This document shows positions 56,502-64,000 of a stretch of 64,000 nt of DNA, one piece after another. Source of the DNA: the human T2T-CHM13v2.0 reference genome, Homo sapiens; the NCBI RefSeq assembly GCF_009914755.1, contig NC_060929.1; one strand, 5' to 3'. The notes beneath the pieces are model-generated. The model worked only from the letters and a program-made list of their open reading frames with translations, was not told where the DNA came from and did no database searches. The stretch's first letter is position 1, and the number at the start of each line of letters is the position of its first letter. The translations under genes and the position numbers were made by a program.

Positions 56502-58850
56502 CAAGTTTGATTCAACATATGCAAATCAGTAAGTGTGATTCGCTACACAAATAGAACTAAAAACAAAACCACATGTTCATTTCAATGGATGCAGAAAAGG
56601 TTTCTAATAAAATTCATCATCCCTTCATGTTAAAAACCTTCAACAAACTATGCATTGAAGGAACATACTTCAAAATAATAAGCGGCATCTATGGCCAGCC
56701 CACAGCCAACATCATACTAAATGGGCAAAAGCTGGAAGCATTCCTTTTGAGAACCAGAACAAGAAAAGTATTTTCACTCTCACCACTCCTATTCAACATA
56801 GTACTGGAAGTCCTAGCCAGAGCAATCAGGCAAGAGAAAGAAATAAAAGGCATCCAAATAGGGAGAGAGGAAGTCAAACTATCTCTGTTTGCAGATGATA
56901 TGATTGTACAACTAGAAAACCCTATAGTCTCTGACCAAAAGCTCCTAGATCTGATAAACAATTTCAGCAGTTTCAGGATACAAAATCAATGCATGAAAAT
57001 TAATAGCAATTCTATACACCAACAACATCTAAGCTGAGAGCCAAATCAAGAATGCAATCCTATTCACAATAGCCACAAAAAGAATAAAATACCTAGGAAT
57101 ACAGCTAACCATAGAGGGGAAAGATCTCTACAGTGAGACTTACAAAACACTGCTCAAAGAAATCAGAGATGACACAAACAAATGGAAAATCATTCCATAC
57201 TCATGGATTGGAAGAATCAATATTATTAAAATGGCCATACTGTCCAAAGCAATTTGCAGGTTCAATGCTAATTCTATCAAACTATAAATGATATGGTTTA
57301 CAGAATTAAGAAAAACTATTTTAAAATTCACATGGAACCAAAAAAGAGCCCAAATAGCCAAAGCAATCCTAAGCATAAAGAACAGAGCTGTAGCCATCAC
57401 ATTACTCAATTTCAAACTATACTATAAGGCTACAGTAACCAAAATGGCATGGTACTTTCTGCCTTTGAGTCTGTACAAAAACAGACACATAGACCAATGG
57501 AATGGGATATAAAGCCCTGAAGTAAAGCTGCACACCTACAACCATCTAATCTTTAGCAAAGTCAATATAACAAGCAATGAGGAAAGGACTCCATATTCAT
57601 AAATGGTGCTGGGATAACTTGCTAGCCACATGCAGAAGATTGAAGCTGAACCCCTCCTGATACCATATACAAAAGTTAAGGCAGTATGTATTAAAAACTT
57701 AAATGTAAAACCTAAAACCATAAAAACCCTGGAAGATAACCTAGGAAATACAATTCTGGGCATAGGCCCTGGCAAAGATTTCATGACAAAGATGCCAAAA
57801 GCAACTGCAATAAAACCAAAAATTGACAAATGGAACCTAATTAAACTAAAGAACTTCTGTGCAGGAAAAGAAAATCTCAACAGAGTACACAGACAATCTA
57901 TAGAATGGGAGAAAATGTTTGCAAACTATGCACCTGACAAAGGTCTAACATCAAGAATCTACAAGGAATTTAAACAACTTAACAAGCCAAAATCAATGCC
58001 ATTAAAAAGTGGGCAAAGGACATGAACAGGCACTTCTAAAAAGAAGACATTCATGCAGCCAACAAAGCATATGAAAAAATGCTCAACAATACTAAGCATC
58101 AGAGAAATGAAATCAAGACCGCAATGAGATACCATCTCACACCAGTCAAAATGTCTGTTATTAAAAAGTCAAAAAATAACAGATGCTGGCAAGATTGAGA
58201 AGAAAAGGGAACATTTACACAGTGCTGGTGGATGTGTAAATTAGTTCAGCCAATGTGGAAAGCAATGTGGCAATTTCTCAAAGAACTTAAAACAGAAGTA
58301 TCATTCGATTCAGCAATTCCATTATTGGGTATATACCCAAGGGAATATAAATCATTCTACCACAAAGACACATGCATGTGTATGTTTATCACAGCAATAT
58401 TCACAATAGCAAAGATACAGAGTCAACCTGAACACCATTCAGTGGTAGACTGGATAAGGAAAATGTACATATACACCATGGAATACTATGCAGCCATAAA
58501 AAAGAATGAGATCATGTCCTCTGGAGCAACTTGGATGGAGCTGGAGGTTATAATCCTAAGTGAACTAACACAGAAACAGAAAACCAAATACTGCATGTTT
58601 ACACTTCTATGTGGGAGCTCAACATTCAGTACACATGGACTCAAAGAAGGGAACAATAGGGCCTACTTGAGGATAGGAGCTTAGAGGATAGAGAGGATCA
58701 AAGGAATGCCTATTGGGTACTATGCTGATTACCCACCTGGGTGATGAAATAATCTGTACAAAAAACCCCTGTGATGCACAGTTTACCTATGTAACAAACC
58801 TTCCCATGTACCTCTGAACCTAAAATAAAAGTTAGATAAATAAATAAATA
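56502..58850 (+). mobile_element. Older 5'-truncated L1 (L1PA15/16 or L1PB-like), disrupted ORF2 RT to C-terminus
   Basis: FADDMIV RT motif in broken ORFs; TSD-like ggcatcac at both ends. Confidence 0.93.
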
Positions 58851-59649
58851 AGGCATCACTACAACAGGGTGTCCAGGACCTATGAGTCTGGTCCATGGAA
58901 AATGTAGAGGGGGACATAAGCTTCAGTTCTACGCCCTGATTCTGAGACTGTACATATTCACATCAGCTTATTCCCCACCTTCCTGTGTATGTGCATCTCC
59001 ACTTTTTTCCCTTCCTCCTACCTCTCCTTCCTCAAAACCTAGAGTGATAAATAGGTGGTAGAAAGGATTAGGGGGAGTGCAGTCAACATAGGGAGTGGGC
59101 AAGGGCACTACCCTATTTCCTTATTTCTCCTCATTTTTAAGGATGGGTCTATACTGGCAAAAGACCAGGTATGGTTGAGTTGGCTGTGTCCTGCACAACC
59201 GTAAGAGGTGCCATGCACAATGCTACATATGATACAGACCACTCCTAGTGGGAAATCCACCTGATTTGAAGAGCAGTGTATTGGAAAGGAGCCTCATGGT
59301 TCAGGCTCTTCTGAATTCTTCCTGTTACAGTTTAAGCTCTTTTTTTTTTTTTTCCTGGAGGGCATCTTTTTAATAAAGATTTGTTCATAGAATTTGTTAT
59401 TTAAGGTACAAGTCTCTTGTAAACTTACATTAGAGCTGAAAAGGAAGTTTTATTAGGCCAAAGATGTTGCATTACTTTTTCTTTCAGCCATATTCCCTCC
59501 AAATTTTTCAGTCACCTTGAGAGGTTTCAGAAATCCTTACATGTTTCATTCCAGGAACTGTTAAATCACTATTTTTTTTCCCTCTCAGTTGAAACAAAGC
59601 CAACTTTTAGATAGCCTCAAAACATTTTTCAATCTATTTTAACAATTTT

Positions 59650-62578
<2,929 letters not shown>

Positions 62579-63111
62579 TTAAACAATTTTCTTAAAGTTG
62601 TCAAATGCTAGAATCCAGAATTAATCATGAGTTATGTGTCTGTTGTACTGCAATTAAAAAAAAGTGTGTGTGTAGGAGGGAGTGGTATAAGAGAAAAAGA
62701 AAGAGAGAGAGATACTTTTCTTATCTGTATAGCAATCATATTTTCCTAATGCAAAATGAGATATAGGGTCAAAATACCTATAAATCTCTGGACTTAGCAG
62801 GTAGTTAATAAATATTTGTAATGTTTGTGTGGGTGTGTGTGCATCTTTTGCAGTCTGAGGTGGAAGGAATAGAGAATATAACTGATTAGTCTTTCCTGAG
62901 ACAGAATGGAGAATAACATAACAATTGGTTAGATGGGTTATTCTTCTGAGCTTTTGAATGGGTTCTAGCTGAGAATTCACTATTGTTTCACATGGTCCTG
63001 ACAGTCCCTGAGATTGAGAGGGCAGAGAAGCGGGTTCTATTAAGGGATATCCAAGAGCAGAGGATTTCTGGGTTGGATGTCCAGACAAGATGAGAAGGAA
63101 GAGGAAGAGGC

Positions 63112-63408
<297 letters not shown>

Positions 63409-64000
63409 TGGAACAGGCTTTTGTACAGCTTGGTGAGCAGTATTATTGTCCATTATAGATCTTTCTTTAAAGCAGTCTTCATTATAAGACAGAAGGGATG
63501 TCTACTTCTACTTTGTTTTTATTTAGAAATTTTGCAGCAACTCTGTTGTTCCAAGAGGAAAAAGAAAGTCTGCTTTTTTCTTTCTGCTTTGTTTTGTCCA
63601 TGCCTAATCTAGAGAGAATAAGTGAAGTAGGTACCTCTGTTTGGGGTGGACCAGTGGCATGAGGATGAAAAGTGAGAAAACCCTAAGGAAGTAGGGGAAG
63701 CTTAGAGCCCACCAGATAGGGGACCCTGTGGCAAAGAGAGACCCTAACCTCAGAGTTGTTCTATGACTTCATCCATCTGTCCACTAACCCATAAAATTGT
63801 AGATGTTTAAAGCTCAAGTGTAAGATCTATGTTTTCTCTTGTATGCTAACCAACAAACATGATGGGCATATATTATATAATGAATATAATACTGTATGGT
63901 GTCAATTCAGCTTGGAGTTATTGCCAACCAATTCTGCTCCTGTCATAATGATAATTTGGCATGATTAGTTAATTTTCCCTTAACAGCATCCTAAATGTTC

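Overview
Primate (very probably human) genomic DNA from the 5' part of FYB1 (ADAP/SLAP-130, haematopoietic adaptor), transcribed on the minus strand. The window holds one certain coding exon (19342-20503, ADAP codons 1-379), the non-coding first exon (about 36955-37080) and long introns/upstream DNA rich in Alu, L1, MIR, MER and LTR remnants. Almost all other ORF-track entries are repeat-derived or noise. I see no evidence for a wholly new gene system. The best leads are: (1) a 5'-leader in which a spliced 36-codon uORF, an alternative donor in exon 1 and an intronic ATG|GTAAGT site would all use the same 27-nt start of exon 2; (2) an apparently non-transposon ~250-bp inverted duplication embedded in a microsatellite; (3) a MER20-derived NF-kB site overlapping a G-quadruplex motif; (4) circRNA and dsRNA potential from inverted repeats. 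Gene identity and repeat subfamilies come from recognition, not from database searches, and repeat edges are approximate.
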